From NCBI GenBank assembly GCA_036003325.1, contig DASYSM010000111.1, positions 2,231 to 66,230 of the forward strand: DNA of 64,000 nucleotides. The letters are read 5' to 3'. The first letter of the stretch is position 1. Every line of letters begins with the position of its first letter. A model generated the notes under the pieces. That model had not been told where the DNA came from. It was given only the letters and a program-made list of their open reading frames with translations, and did no database searches. Positions 52,473 to 62,118 of the stretch are shown piece after piece. Made by a program: the position numbers and the translations under genes. Origin of the DNA: Candidatus Limnocylindrales bacterium (lineage in GTDB: Bacteria > Chloroflexota > Limnocylindria > Limnocylindrales > CSP1-4).

Positions 52473-53870
52473 TCACGCCGCCGCACTGCCGAGCGCACCG
52501 ACGCCGGGGGCACCGAGCAGCTCGAGCGCCGCGTCGAGGTCCGGGTCGGCGCCGAGCGGCAGCGGGCTCGGCATCGTCACCACCACGTCGGGCGTCAGCC
52601 CGACCTGATGGATCCAGCGCTTGTCGGGGGTCAGCCAGCGAGCGATCGTGAGCTTGAACGCGCCACCATCGCCGGTCAGCTCCTGCCATTGCTGGACCGT
52701 CCCCTTCCCGAACGACTGCTGGCCCACGAGGGTCGCCCGGCCGTGGTCCTGGAGTGCTCCGGCGACGATCTCACTGGCCGACGCGCTGCCACCGTCGATC
52801 AGGACCACGAGCTTGATCTTCGGGTCCGTCGCGACGCCGTCGGTCAGTGCCTCGGTCGCCGTCTGGTTGCCGCTCGCATCCTGCTCCCAGAACACGACCC
52901 CGGAGCCGATGAACTGGCTGGCGATCTTGCGGGCGGCGGTGACGTAGCCGCCGGGGTTCCCGCGCAGGTCGAGGATCAGCTTCGTCCGCCCGGCGGCGAG
53001 CTGGTCGCGGAGCGCCACCACCATCTGGTCCGCGGCAGCGTCGGAGAAGCCGCTGAGCTTGATGTATCCCACGTTGCCCCCGGCCAGTGCCTTGCTGACC
53101 ACCTCCTTCGACTGGACCAGGTCCCGGGTGATGGTCACGGACAGCTCGCCCGCGCCACCACGCTGGATGGCCAGCTGGACGACCGAGCCCTTGGGGCCGC
53201 GGATCTTGTCCCGGGCGGCGTCCACGGTCAGGCCATCGACGCTGGCACCGTCGACCTCGGCGATGACGTCGCCGATGGCCAGGCCGGCGCGCTGGGCGGG
53301 CGAGCCATCGATCGGCTCGGTGATGACCAGATGGCAGGACGTGCCGAGCGGCGTGCAGCCCTGCGTCCCGTCGGGGGCCTCAGACGCGATGTTGGCACCG
53401 ATCCCCTCGAACTGACCGCTGATGGTCTGGAGGCTGGCGCGGTATTCGTCGGAGGTCATGTAGGCGGAGAACGGATCGTCGAGCGACCCGATCATCCCGC
53501 GGATGGCGCCCTGGATCACCGTGTCCTGGTCGACGCTGCTGCCCGCGTAGCGGTCCTCGATGGTGTGGTACGTGTCCCAGAAGGGCTGGAAGGCGGTGTC
53601 CTGGGACGCCGGCGTGCCCGGGTCGGATGCCGTTCGGCGGCCCATGCTGTAGCCCGACAGGAACAGCCCCGACCCGGCCAGCACGACCACGATGACGATC
53701 GCGACGTGGACGACCCGGACACGCCGGACCCCTCGGGCCGTGGGGGTCGCCGGGGGCGCCGGGGCGACCACGCCCCTGTCCGGCGCGGGGCGATCGACGG
53801 TCTCGCCCGCCGGCGGATCGACGCTCCCCGGACGGTCGGCTGAGGCTCGGTCGGGGTCGTCTGGAAACAT
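52473..53870 (-). CDS. ctpA: S41-family C-terminal processing peptidase with PDZ domain
   Basis: 465 aa with an N-terminal TM segment, PDZ (SPAQRAGLAIGDVIAEVDG) and an S41 core (ILDLRGNPGGYV, VLIDGGSASASEI). Confidence 0.85.
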   Translation of the reverse strand: MFPDDPDRASADRPGSVDPPAGETVDRPAPDRGVVAPAPPATPTARGVRRVRVVHVAIVIVVVLAGSGLFLSGYSMGRRTASDPGTPASQDTAFQPFWDTYHTIEDRYAGSSVDQDTVIQGAIRGMIGSLDDPFSAYMTSDEYRASLQTISGQFEGIGANIASEAPDGTQGCTPLGTSCHLVITEPIDGSPAQRAGLAIGDVIAEVDGASVDGLTVDAARDKIRGPKGSVVQLAIQRGGAGELSVTITRDLVQSKEVVSKALAGGNVGYIKLSGFSDAAADQMVVALRDQLAAGRTKLILDLRGNPGGYVTAARKIASQFIGSGVVFWEQDASGNQTATEALTDGVATDPKIKLVVLIDGGSASASEIVAGALQDHGRATLVGQQSFGKGTVQQWQELTGDGGAFKLTIARWLTPDKRWIHQVGLTPDVVVTMPSPLPLGADPDLDAALELLGAPGVGALGSAAA

Positions 53871-53974
53871 CGCTGATCCTACCTGCGGTCTGGCGTCCCG
53901 GGGAGAAGAGGCGCCTAGGGTACACGTCTATCCGGGCAGGGGCCGACGACGGTCTGGCGGGGTCCGCGTTGGGG

Positions 53975-54859
53975 CTAGCGGATGAGGTAGGTCCGCACCG
54001 ACAGCCACGAGCCGAGGATCCCGAGCCCCACCCCGGCGCCCATCACGAGGGCCACCAGGTCGCGCGTCAGCGAGCCGAACTGGAGGGGCAGGACGCGGAA
54101 GAAATCGGCCATGAACGCGCTCAACGGGTCGGCCACGGCGAGCAGGATCAGGAGCGTCACGGCCGCCCCGAGGAAGCCGACGAAGGCGCCCTCGAACACG
54201 AACGGCCAGCGGATGAAGGCGTCGGAGGCGCCGACCAGGCGCATGACCTCGATCTCGTCGGCGCGAGCGAGGACCGCCAGCCGGATGGTGTTGATGATGA
54301 TGAACAGGGCGATGACGCCGACGATGACCAGGACGACCGTCCCCGCGGTCCGCAGGATGCCGGTCACGGTCAGCACGCGCTCGACCAGGTCCTCGATGTT
54401 GATCACGTTCCGGATGCTCGGGTCGTCGCGGAGGGCGTCGCCGACGACGCGCACCTGCGAGGGATCGACCATCTTGACCTCGAGGCTGGCGTACAGCGGG
54501 TTGGCGTCCAGGTAGCGGGTCAGGTCCTCGCGGCCCTGGGCCGCCATCGACGCGCGGAACTCGGCGAGCGCCTGGTCGCGACTGACATAGGTCACCGAGG
54601 CGACCTGGGGCATCCCGCGGAGCTTCGTCTCGAGGTCGCTGACCTGGACGTCGGTGGTGTTCGGCTGAAGGTAGGCGACGACTTCGACCTTCTGCTCGGT
54701 GAACTGGAGACCGGCCAGCAGGCCCGTCTGGATGATCCAGAAGCCGGCCAGCAGGAGCAGCATCAGGACCATCGTGGCGGTCGCCGCGATGCTCATCACC
54801 GCGTTCCGCCAGAAGCCCTGCCAGGCCCGTTTGAAGCTGAACAGGACGAACGAGATCAC
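53975..54859 (-). CDS. ftsX: Cell division permease-like protein FtsX
   Basis: 294 aa with four TM segments and the characteristic large first extracytoplasmic loop. Directly follows ftsE. Confidence 0.85.
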   Translation of the reverse strand: MISFVLFSFKRAWQGFWRNAVMSIAATATMVLMLLLLAGFWIIQTGLLAGLQFTEQKVEVVAYLQPNTTDVQVSDLETKLRGMPQVASVTYVSRDQALAEFRASMAAQGREDLTRYLDANPLYASLEVKMVDPSQVRVVGDALRDDPSIRNVINIEDLVERVLTVTGILRTAGTVVLVIVGVIALFIIINTIRLAVLARADEIEVMRLVGASDAFIRWPFVFEGAFVGFLGAAVTLLILLAVADPLSAFMADFFRVLPLQFGSLTRDLVALVMGAGVGLGILGSWLSVRTYLIR

Positions 54860-54862
54860 CGA

Positions 54863-55657
54863 TCAGTCCTCGCGGTGGTAGGCGCCACCGATCTCGTCGC
54901 GGATGATGCGGCCCTCCTCGAGCGCGACGACGCGCTTGCGGAGAGCGGTGACCACCTCGGCGTTATGGGTGGCCATCATGACCGTGACGCCCAGCTCGTT
55001 GATGCGCAGCAGCAGCTGGAGGATCTCCCAGCTGATCAGTGGGTCGAGGTTGCCGGTCGGCTCGTCGGCGATGATCATCCGCGGGTCGTGGACGAGCGCC
55101 CGCGCGATGGCGGTCCGCTGCTGCTCTCCACCGGACAGCTGCGACGGCTTCTGCTGCGCCTGTGCCGTCAGCCCCACCAGCGCGAGGACGCGATCGACGG
55201 CGGGGCGGATCTTGCGCCTGGGCGTGCCCGTCACCTCGAGCGCGAACGCGACGTTCTCCCAGACCGTCTTGGACGGCAGGAGCTTGAAGTCCTGGAAGAT
55301 GATGCCGATCTTGCGTCGCATCCTGGGCACCTGCCGGCGCCCGAGCCGGGCCACGTCCTGGCCATCGAGGACGACCTCGCCGCGGGTCGCGATCTCGTCG
55401 CGGATGAGCAGCTTGATGAGGGTGGACTTGCCCGCCCCGGACGGGCCGACGAGGAAGACGAAATCGCCCTCCGGGATGACCAGGTCGACGTCGCGCAGGG
55501 CGAGCTTGCCGTTGGGGTATTCCTTGGTCACGTCGTGGAGGACGAGGACGGCGCGTTCCTGGGTGGCGTGATCGCGGCTGCGGCCCCGGACGCGCGAGCG
55601 GATCGAGCGGGTCGTCGTCGAGGAGCGCGAAGTGCTCGGGGCAGGGGCGTAGGTCAC
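54863..55657 (-). CDS. ftsE: Cell division ATP-binding protein FtsE
   Basis: ABC ATPase with Walker A GPSGAGKSTL, signature LSGGEQQR and Walker B MIIADEPTG. The N-terminal ~35 aa are basic and low-complexity, so the true start may lie further downstream in the gene. Confidence 0.85.
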   Translation of the reverse strand: MTYAPAPSTSRSSTTTRSIRSRVRGRSRDHATQERAVLVLHDVTKEYPNGKLALRDVDLVIPEGDFVFLVGPSGAGKSTLIKLLIRDEIATRGEVVLDGQDVARLGRRQVPRMRRKIGIIFQDFKLLPSKTVWENVAFALEVTGTPRRKIRPAVDRVLALVGLTAQAQQKPSQLSGGEQQRTAIARALVHDPRMIIADEPTGNLDPLISWEILQLLLRINELGVTVMMATHNAEVVTALRKRVVALEEGRIIRDEIGGAYHRED

Positions 55658-55758
55658 AGCGGGCTCCGGGGGCGGGGGTGGCGGCTGCCGTCGCCGCCGA
55701 TCGTCACGATCTCACGACTCCGCCACGGGCACGGCAAGCGAGAGCCACATCGGATGCG

Positions 55759-55787
55759 AGGCTACCACCCGGGCGAAGGTCCGGCAA
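55759..55787 (-). promoter_or_regulatory. Candidate promoter for ftsEX
   Basis: On the minus strand: TTGCCG (55787-55782), 17-nt spacer, TAGCCT (55764-55759). It lies about 100 nt upstream of the ftsE start and overlaps a long hairpin. Confidence 0.3.
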
Positions 55788-55912
55788 ACGGGACGGTGGT
55801 GCCACGCCGCACCGGACCTTCGTCCAGCGCCCGTGTTGACGCCCGCCCTCCGGTGCCGGCACCGTTCCTCGGGCCTTGCTTCGGACGGACCCTACCTGGT
55901 GACGGGCGCGAG

Positions 55913-56890
55913 CTAGAGGAGACCCGGCGAACTCGGCAGGTAGCGCGAGAAGTCCGCGAACGACTCGTCCCAGCACAACAGGACCGGGAACGTGTCCAGC
56001 CGGAAGCCCGCGTCGAGCGCGGTGACGATCGCCCGATCCGCCGCACCGCCGATCCACATCGCGAACGCCCCCCGCGGGACGACGACCGACGTCAGATGCC
56101 CCAGCACCGGGCCGAGCAGCGCCTCATCGCGGACCGCCACCGGCCCGACGCGGCCTGCCTCGCCCGCGTAGCCATAGCCCACCGGCGTCCCGTCCGGGCC
56201 GCGATACAGCCAGCCGTGTCGCGATTCGAGCCGCAGGAACCGGTGGTCGACCGGATGGGCGACCCCCAGCAGCTCGCGGTCGAGCGCGTCGACCGCCTCG
56301 GCCAGGAGGTGATGGCCCTGGCCGTCGGGCGGACCGGAGGCGATCTCGTCGAAGGCCAGGGGGACGACGCCCGCCGGAAGGTCGCCGAATGCCTCGGGAC
56401 GCCGGGGCAGCCCGGACAGGTTGAAGAGTGGCATCCGGGGCACCATCCCGAGCCTGGCGTACAGGGCGTTGGAGATCGGTTGCGCGCTGTCTGCGGCGAC
56501 CGCCCGGATCAGCCCGGGCTCGGTCGGCATGATCCGGCCGATCAGCTCCCGGCCAAGACCGGAGCCCTGGAACTCCGGCAGCACGAACAGCATCGACAGG
56601 TACCAGAGTCGTTCACGCACGGTCGCCGCGGCGAAGGCGACGATCTCCTCAGCCTCACCCTCGCCCGTTCGCACGACGACGACGAAGCGCTCTGGATCGG
56701 TCGCCTGGAGATGCGCATACAAGCGAGTCAGCGGGCCGAATTCGCGTGGGAGCTCCGGCTGGCCGAGGCGGCCCATGTAGTCATTGATCGCCACACGCCA
56801 GATGTCGGCGCAGGCGGCGATGTCCTCCACCCGGGCCGGCCGGGTGGTCAGGTCGTCGATGGACGCGACGGTCCGGGTGACCCCGGTCAC
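55913..56890 (-). CDS. GNAT-family N-acetyltransferase (two-domain)
   Basis: 325 aa with an acetyl-CoA binding block (LFVLPEFQGSGLGRELIGRIM). GTGA overlap with the prfB stop. Confidence 0.7.
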   Translation of the reverse strand: MTGVTRTVASIDDLTTRPARVEDIAACADIWRVAINDYMGRLGQPELPREFGPLTRLYAHLQATDPERFVVVVRTGEGEAEEIVAFAAATVRERLWYLSMLFVLPEFQGSGLGRELIGRIMPTEPGLIRAVAADSAQPISNALYARLGMVPRMPLFNLSGLPRRPEAFGDLPAGVVPLAFDEIASGPPDGQGHHLLAEAVDALDRELLGVAHPVDHRFLRLESRHGWLYRGPDGTPVGYGYAGEAGRVGPVAVRDEALLGPVLGHLTSVVVPRGAFAMWIGGAADRAIVTALDAGFRLDTFPVLLCWDESFADFSRYLPSSPGLL

Positions 56891-57994
56891 GTCGTCACGG
56901 CCTCCTCGCCGATCCCGCGCTCGAGCTCGGCCTGCATGAACGCGTCGAGGTCGCCGTCGAGCACGGCCCCGGTGTTGCCGGTCTCATGGTTCGTCCGCAG
57001 GTCCTTGACCATCTGGTACGGATGCAGCACGTAGCTCCGGATCTGGTTGCCCCAGCCGGCTTCCACGTGCTCGCCCTTGAGCTTGCGGACCTCCTCCTCC
57101 TTCTCCTCGAGCGCACGCTCGAGCAAGCGGGACTTGAGGACCTTGATGGCCATCTCCTTGTTCTGGGTCTGGCTTCGCTCGTTCTGGCTCTGGGCGACGA
57201 TCCCGGTGCGGAGGTCGGTCAGGCGCACCGCCGAATCGGTCTTGTTGACGTGTTGCCCGCCGGCGCCCTGCGAGCGGAAGGTGTCCACCCGGATCTGGTC
57301 CCAATCGAGCTCGATCTCGACGTCGTCGTCGGCCTCCGGCAGGACCTCCACCAGGGCGAACGTCGTCTGACGGCGGTTCTGCGAGTCGAACGGGCTGATC
57401 CGGACGAGCCGGTGCACCCCCCGCTCCGCGCGAAGCCAGCCGTACGCCCGGCGGCCGTTGACCGCCACGGTCACGCTCTTGAGGCCGGCCTGCTCGCCTT
57501 CCTGCTGGTCCAGGATCTCGGTCGGAAAACGGTGCCGCTCCGCCCAGCGCAGGTACATCCGCAGGAGCATCTCGGTCCAGTCCGTCGCCTCGGTGCCGCC
57601 GGCGCCGGCGCTGATCGACAGCAGGGCCGGTCGCTCGTCGTATTCACCCGAGAACAGCAGAGCGGTACGCTCCCGCGAGAAGTCCGTCTCGAGCGATGCC
57701 GCATCGCGCTCGAGCTCGGCCTCGAGCTCGGCGTCCGGCGCCTCGTACAGGAGCTCGACGGCGGCGAGCAGATCGTCGGCGCGCGTCAGCAGCTCCCGCC
57801 AGGTCGCGATCTCGCCGCGCAATCCGTCGGCCTCGCGGAGGACCTTCTGGGCCGAGCGCCCGTCGTCCCAGAACCCGGGTGCCTGGGTCAGTGCGTCGAT
57901 CTCGGCGACGCGGGCTTCCTTGGTCTCGAGGTCAAAGGTACCCCGAGGTCGACCGGATCCGTTCAGCCAGGTCGCGGATGGCGGACGCTTCCAC
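56887..57994 (-). CDS. prfB: Peptide chain release factor 2, requiring a programmed +1 frameshift
   Basis: Frame 0 runs from GTG 57994 to the in-frame TGA at 57934-57932 (VEASAIRDLAERIRSTSGYL). The slippery site is GGGG-TAC-CTT-TGA-C. The +1 frame continues at 57933 (DLETKEARVAEI...) through SPF (RISPFDS) and GGQ (SQGAGGQHVNK) to 56887. Confidence 0.9.
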
Positions 57995-58219
57995 CTAGTT
58001 CCGGGCCTGCAGATCCTGGAGCAGGATCGGGCGCAGCTCGATGAGGCGCAGCGCGGTCTTGCTTCGGGCGACGACGGGGTTGACGCAGGGACAGTAGCCG
58101 TTGTGGGGGCAGACGCCGCAGTTGCCGTCGCAGTCGAGTGCCGCCGCATAGCTGCACGAGCGGCAATCACGCTCACAGGCGATGAGATCGACGAACGATG
58201 CTTCCTCGGCCTGCTTCAC
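57995..58219 (-). CDS. Small Cys-rich protein (74 aa, 8 Cys), uncharacterised
   Basis: GTG 58219 follows an AGAGAGGGAG SD. The product is MKQAEEASFVDLIACERDCRSCSYAAALDCDGNCGVCPHNGYCPCVNPVVARSKTALRLIELRPILLQDLQARN. Its TAG stop directly abuts the prfB GTG. Confidence 0.55.
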   Translation of the reverse strand: MKQAEEASFVDLIACERDCRSCSYAAALDCDGNCGVCPHNGYCPCVNPVVARSKTALRLIELRPILLQDLQARN

Positions 58220-58315
58220 GGGCTCCCTCTCTGTGCTGGGCAAGGGCGGGACGGGACCGGAGATCCTGTGTGGTTCGGGGGTCCTGGGGGGACCCGGCCG
58301 GGCGGGTTTTGGCAC

Positions 58316-58344
58316 AGTATACGGGGCCAATCCCTCCCCGCCAA
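58316..58344 (-). promoter_or_regulatory. Putative promoter for the Cys-rich ORF, prfB and GNAT transcription unit
   Basis: On the minus strand: TTGGCG (58344-58339), 17-nt spacer, TATACT (58321-58316). It lies about 95 nt upstream of GTG 58219. Confidence 0.5.
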
Positions 58345-58388
58345 GAGGGAAAACCGGCTCGGTCCGCGATTCCCCGCAGGGCGCGACG

Positions 58389-58985
58389 TCAGGGTGCCCC
58401 GCCGACCAGGAAGTACTGGACGAGAGCCCCGAGCTCGTGGAGCGTGGCGTCGATCTGGCCCGGCGGGTCGTGCTCGATCGGGCTGGTGGCCGTGGGCGAG
58501 CCCCACGCGGTGATCCCCTCATCGGAGGCCATCCGCAGGACGCGCAGCATGTGCGGACGGTCGGACACGAACACGGCGTCGCTCAGGCCGTGCTCGTGGA
58601 GCAGCGCGCCGACCGCCCGGATCGACTCGAGGGTCGTCCGGCTGGCGTCCTCGCCGAGGATCGCGCCGGCCGGCACGCCGTGGGCGATCGCGTAGGCACG
58701 CGCGCTCGCGGCCTCGGTGGTCCGGTCGCCATCCGCCTTGCCACCGGTCACGATGAGCCAGCGCGCGACGCCGGCGTGGAACAGCTCGACCGCATGGTCG
58801 AGACGGGCCGCGAACACGGGCGACGGCCGGCCGTTGTACTGGGCCGCACCCATGACCACGATGGCGTCCGCCGGCCGTTGCTCGTCACGCTGGCCCTGCG
58901 ACCAGATCCGGAAGGTGGCGTAGCCGGCGACCGCCGCGATGCCGAGCACGCCAAGCACGGCCACCACGACCAGGTCGCGCACCAT
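58389..58985 (-). CDS. DUF218 (YdcF/ElyC/SanA-like) domain protein
   Basis: ATG 58985 lies in ORF 58389..59357 and gives 198 aa. N-terminal TM segment, then AIVVMGAAQYNGRPSPVFAARLDHAVELFHAGVARWLIVTGGK. Confidence 0.7.
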   Translation of the reverse strand: MVRDLVVVAVLGVLGIAAVAGYATFRIWSQGQRDEQRPADAIVVMGAAQYNGRPSPVFAARLDHAVELFHAGVARWLIVTGGKADGDRTTEAASARAYAIAHGVPAGAILGEDASRTTLESIRAVGALLHEHGLSDAVFVSDRPHMLRVLRMASDEGITAWGSPTATSPIEHDPPGQIDATLHELGALVQYFLVGGAP

Positions 58986-59034
58986 CGAACGGGGCTTCAC
59001 ACGGATGGGTCGGAGAGGGCGACGAGCTGGGCGC

Positions 59035-62000
59035 TCAGCGCCCGTGACACTTCTTGTACTTCGCGCCGGATCCGCACCAGCACAGGTCGTTCCGTCCGAT
59101 CCGGGCACCGCTCGGGGTGAACCCAGGCTTGGGACCGCTCGGCGACGGGCCGCCGCCGGACGCTCCCCCGGAGGCGACCGGCTGGTCGCCGAGCGACTCG
59201 ACCATCGGGCGGGCCGACGGCGTCGTCGGGCCGCCGCGCAGGATGGCCGACCCGCCGACCGCGGCCGCCGCCGGGACCTTGGCCGGTGTCGCGGCGACAG
59301 GAGCCGTTCCATTCGTGCCGTTCGAAGCCCTTCCGCCGCCGCTGAGCGTGGCCGCACCCTGGGCGAGGGCCGCGGCCACGGCCGGATCCCCGCCGGCGGC
59401 GGCAGGTGGCTGGCGGGTGACGGTCACCCGGAAGATCGACGATGCGACGCCGTGCCGGATCAGGTCGCGCAGCTCGTCATACAGGGCGAAGGCCTCGCGC
59501 TTGAACTCGTTGAGCGGATCCTGCTGGGCATAGCCGCGCAGGCCGATCCCGCGGCGCATGTCGTCGAGCTCGGTCAGGTGCTCGACCCAGAGCGAGTCGA
59601 TGGTCCGGATGAGCACGAGGCGCTCGACCGTCTTCCAGTCCTCCTCGCCGACCTCGGCCGCCTTGGCGGCCAGCCGATCGTCGGCGAGATCCCGGACGTG
59701 GACCGCGATCGCCTCACGGCTGCCGAGGTCCCACAGCTCGTCGGCGGTCGTCCCCTCGCCGGTCAGACCCATGGCGGCGAGCCCCGCGGACAGCCCGTCG
59801 AGGTTCCAGGCGCCCGGGTCGTCCCCGACCAGGTGCGTGTCGACGAGGCCGTCCAGCTCCTCGTCGAGGAAGGTCTGGACGGTCTGGGTCAGGTCCTCGT
59901 TGTGGAGGACCTTGTCCCTCTCGGCGTAGATGGTCTCGCGCTGCTTGTTGATGACGTCGTCGTATTCGACGACGCGCTTGCGGATGTCGAAGTTGAACCC
60001 CTCGACGCGGCTCTGCGCCGACTCGATGGTCTTGGACACGAGTCGCGACTCGATCGCCACATCCTCGTCCAGCCCGAGCCGCTCCATCAGCCCGGTCACC
60101 CGGTCGCCGGCGAAGCGCTTCATCAGGTCGTCCTCGAGGGACAGGTAGAAGCGCGACGACCCCGGATCGCCCTGGCGGCCGGCACGACCGCGAAGCTGGT
60201 TGTCGATCCGCCGCGAGTCGTGCCGTTCGGTCCCGACGATGTGCAGGCCGCCGGCTTCGACCACCCGGTCGTGGTCCTCCTCGGTGATCGCCCGCGCCTC
60301 GGCCAGGGCCTCTGCCATCGTCTCGGCGTCGACCTCGGCGGGGTTGAGCCCGCGCTTGTGGAGCGCCTCGGAGGCGAGGCCGGCGGGGTTGCCACCGAGC
60401 AGGATGTCGGTCCCACGACCGGCCATGTTGGTCGCGATGGTGATCGCGCCGGACCGGCCCGCCTGCGCGACGATCCCCGATTCCTTCTCGTGGAACTTGG
60501 CGTTGAGGACCTCATGCTTGATCCCGCGACGCTTCAGCATCGTCGACAGCATCTCGGACTTCTCGACCGAGATCGTGCCGACCAGGACCGGCCGACCGTC
60601 CTCCTGCATCTCGACGATCTCGTCGATCAGGGCATTGAACTTGGCCGGCTCGTCGCGGAACACGAGATCGGGGAAGTCCTCTCGGATCATCTCCCGGTGG
60701 GTCGGGATGGCGACCACCTCGAGCTTGTAGATCTTGTGCAGCTCCTCGGCCTCGGTCATCGCCGTGCCGGTCATCCCCGACAGCTTGTCGTAGAGCCGGA
60801 AATAGTTCTGGAAGGTGATGGTGGCGAGAGTCACGCTCTCACGCTGGACGCGCAACCCTTCCTTTGCCTCGACCGCCTGGTGGAGGCCCTCGCTCCAGCG
60901 CCGGCCCGGCATCTGTCGCCCGGTGAACTCGTCGACGATGATGATCTCGCCGTCCTTGACGATGTAGTCGCGGTCACGCTTGTAGAGCGCATGGGCGCGG
61001 AGCGCCTGCTCGAAATGGCGGGCCAGGCGGGGGTCGGCGTCGTACATGTTCGGGACGCCGAGCCAACCCTCCATCTTCTCGATGCCCTCCTCGGTCGAGG
61101 AGACGGCCTTGTCCTTGAGGTCGACGAAGTAGTCGCCGCCCTCCTCGTCTCCCTCCGGCCGGGCCTTGAGACGCGGCACGAGACGGGCGAAGGTGAAGTA
61201 CAGGTCGGCCGACTCCTCGGCCTGGCCGCTGATGATGAGCGGCGTCCGCGCCTCGTCGATGAGGATGTTGTCGACCTCGTCGACGATCGCGAAGCTGCGC
61301 TCGCGCTGGACCCGGTCGTCGAGCTCGAGGACCATGTTGTCGCGCAGGTAGTCGAACCCGAACTCGTTGTTGGTCCCGTAGGTGATGTCCGCGGCGTAGG
61401 CCTCCCGACGGGTCACCGGTCGCAGGTTGACCAGGCGCTCGTCGTTGGTCGGGTAGCCGGGTTCGAACACGAACGAGGCGTCGTGGGTGATCATCCCGAC
61501 GCTCACGCCCAGGAAATGGAAGACGGGGCCCATCCACTGCGGGTCGCGGCGTGCGAGGTAGTCGTTGACCGTGACGACGTGGACGCCGCGCCCGGCCAGC
61601 GCGTTGAGGATGGCGGCCAGGGGGGCGACGAGGGTCTTGCCCTCGCCGGTCCGCATCTCGGCGATCTTGCCCTGGTGGAGGACGGCGGCGCCCATCAGCT
61701 GGACATCGAAGTGGCGCATCCCGAGCGTCCGTTTCATCGCCTCGCGGGTCATCGCGAAGACCTCGGGCAGGACGTCGTCGAGCGCCTTCTGGATGCGGTC
61801 GTTCTCGCGGGTCCGCCGCTCCTTCTTGAGCTCGCGGCGGCGCTCGAGGTCGGGGTGCTCGAGCTCGTCGTCGGACGGCTCGTCGGGGACGGCCGCCTCG
61901 AGGACCTCCGCGCGCAGCTCGGCGAATGCCGCGCGGATCTCCTCGTCGGACCGTGCCTCGAACGCGGCCTCAAGGGCGTTGGTCTCGTCGACCAGGGGTT

Positions 62001-62055
62001 GCAGGCGTCGGATCTCGCGGTCGTTCGAGTCGACGAAACGGTTCAGGAAGCGCAT
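59035..62055 (-). CDS. secA: Preprotein translocase ATPase SecA
   Basis: 1006 aa with the DEAD-like motor (MRTGEGKTLVA, AIVDEVDNILIDEARTPLIISG) and a C-terminal zinc-finger tail CWCGSGAKYKKCHG. Confidence 0.95.
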   Translation of the reverse strand: MRFLNRFVDSNDREIRRLQPLVDETNALEAAFEARSDEEIRAAFAELRAEVLEAAVPDEPSDDELEHPDLERRRELKKERRTRENDRIQKALDDVLPEVFAMTREAMKRTLGMRHFDVQLMGAAVLHQGKIAEMRTGEGKTLVAPLAAILNALAGRGVHVVTVNDYLARRDPQWMGPVFHFLGVSVGMITHDASFVFEPGYPTNDERLVNLRPVTRREAYAADITYGTNNEFGFDYLRDNMVLELDDRVQRERSFAIVDEVDNILIDEARTPLIISGQAEESADLYFTFARLVPRLKARPEGDEEGGDYFVDLKDKAVSSTEEGIEKMEGWLGVPNMYDADPRLARHFEQALRAHALYKRDRDYIVKDGEIIIVDEFTGRQMPGRRWSEGLHQAVEAKEGLRVQRESVTLATITFQNYFRLYDKLSGMTGTAMTEAEELHKIYKLEVVAIPTHREMIREDFPDLVFRDEPAKFNALIDEIVEMQEDGRPVLVGTISVEKSEMLSTMLKRRGIKHEVLNAKFHEKESGIVAQAGRSGAITIATNMAGRGTDILLGGNPAGLASEALHKRGLNPAEVDAETMAEALAEARAITEEDHDRVVEAGGLHIVGTERHDSRRIDNQLRGRAGRQGDPGSSRFYLSLEDDLMKRFAGDRVTGLMERLGLDEDVAIESRLVSKTIESAQSRVEGFNFDIRKRVVEYDDVINKQRETIYAERDKVLHNEDLTQTVQTFLDEELDGLVDTHLVGDDPGAWNLDGLSAGLAAMGLTGEGTTADELWDLGSREAIAVHVRDLADDRLAAKAAEVGEEDWKTVERLVLIRTIDSLWVEHLTELDDMRRGIGLRGYAQQDPLNEFKREAFALYDELRDLIRHGVASSIFRVTVTRQPPAAAGGDPAVAAALAQGAATLSGGGRASNGTNGTAPVAATPAKVPAAAAVGGSAILRGGPTTPSARPMVESLGDQPVASGGASGGGPSPSGPKPGFTPSGARIGRNDLCWCGSGAKYKKCHGR

Positions 62056-62118
62056 GTGGCGGCCAGTATAGGGGAGGTCGTGACCGCGACCCCCCGGACG
62101 CTCCGACCTGTCCGGACG

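Noticed and set aside
57995-58522. Full 175-aa ORF upstream of prfB, and the 429-aa version of prfB (56887..58176)
   Set aside because: The N-terminal 100 aa of the 175-aa ORF are R/P/S-rich and overlap a predicted promoter and the DUF218 3' end; only the last 74 codons have an SD and plausible composition. The prfB N-terminal extension is the +1 frame read upstream of the frameshift site, and it overlaps the Cys-rich ORF.
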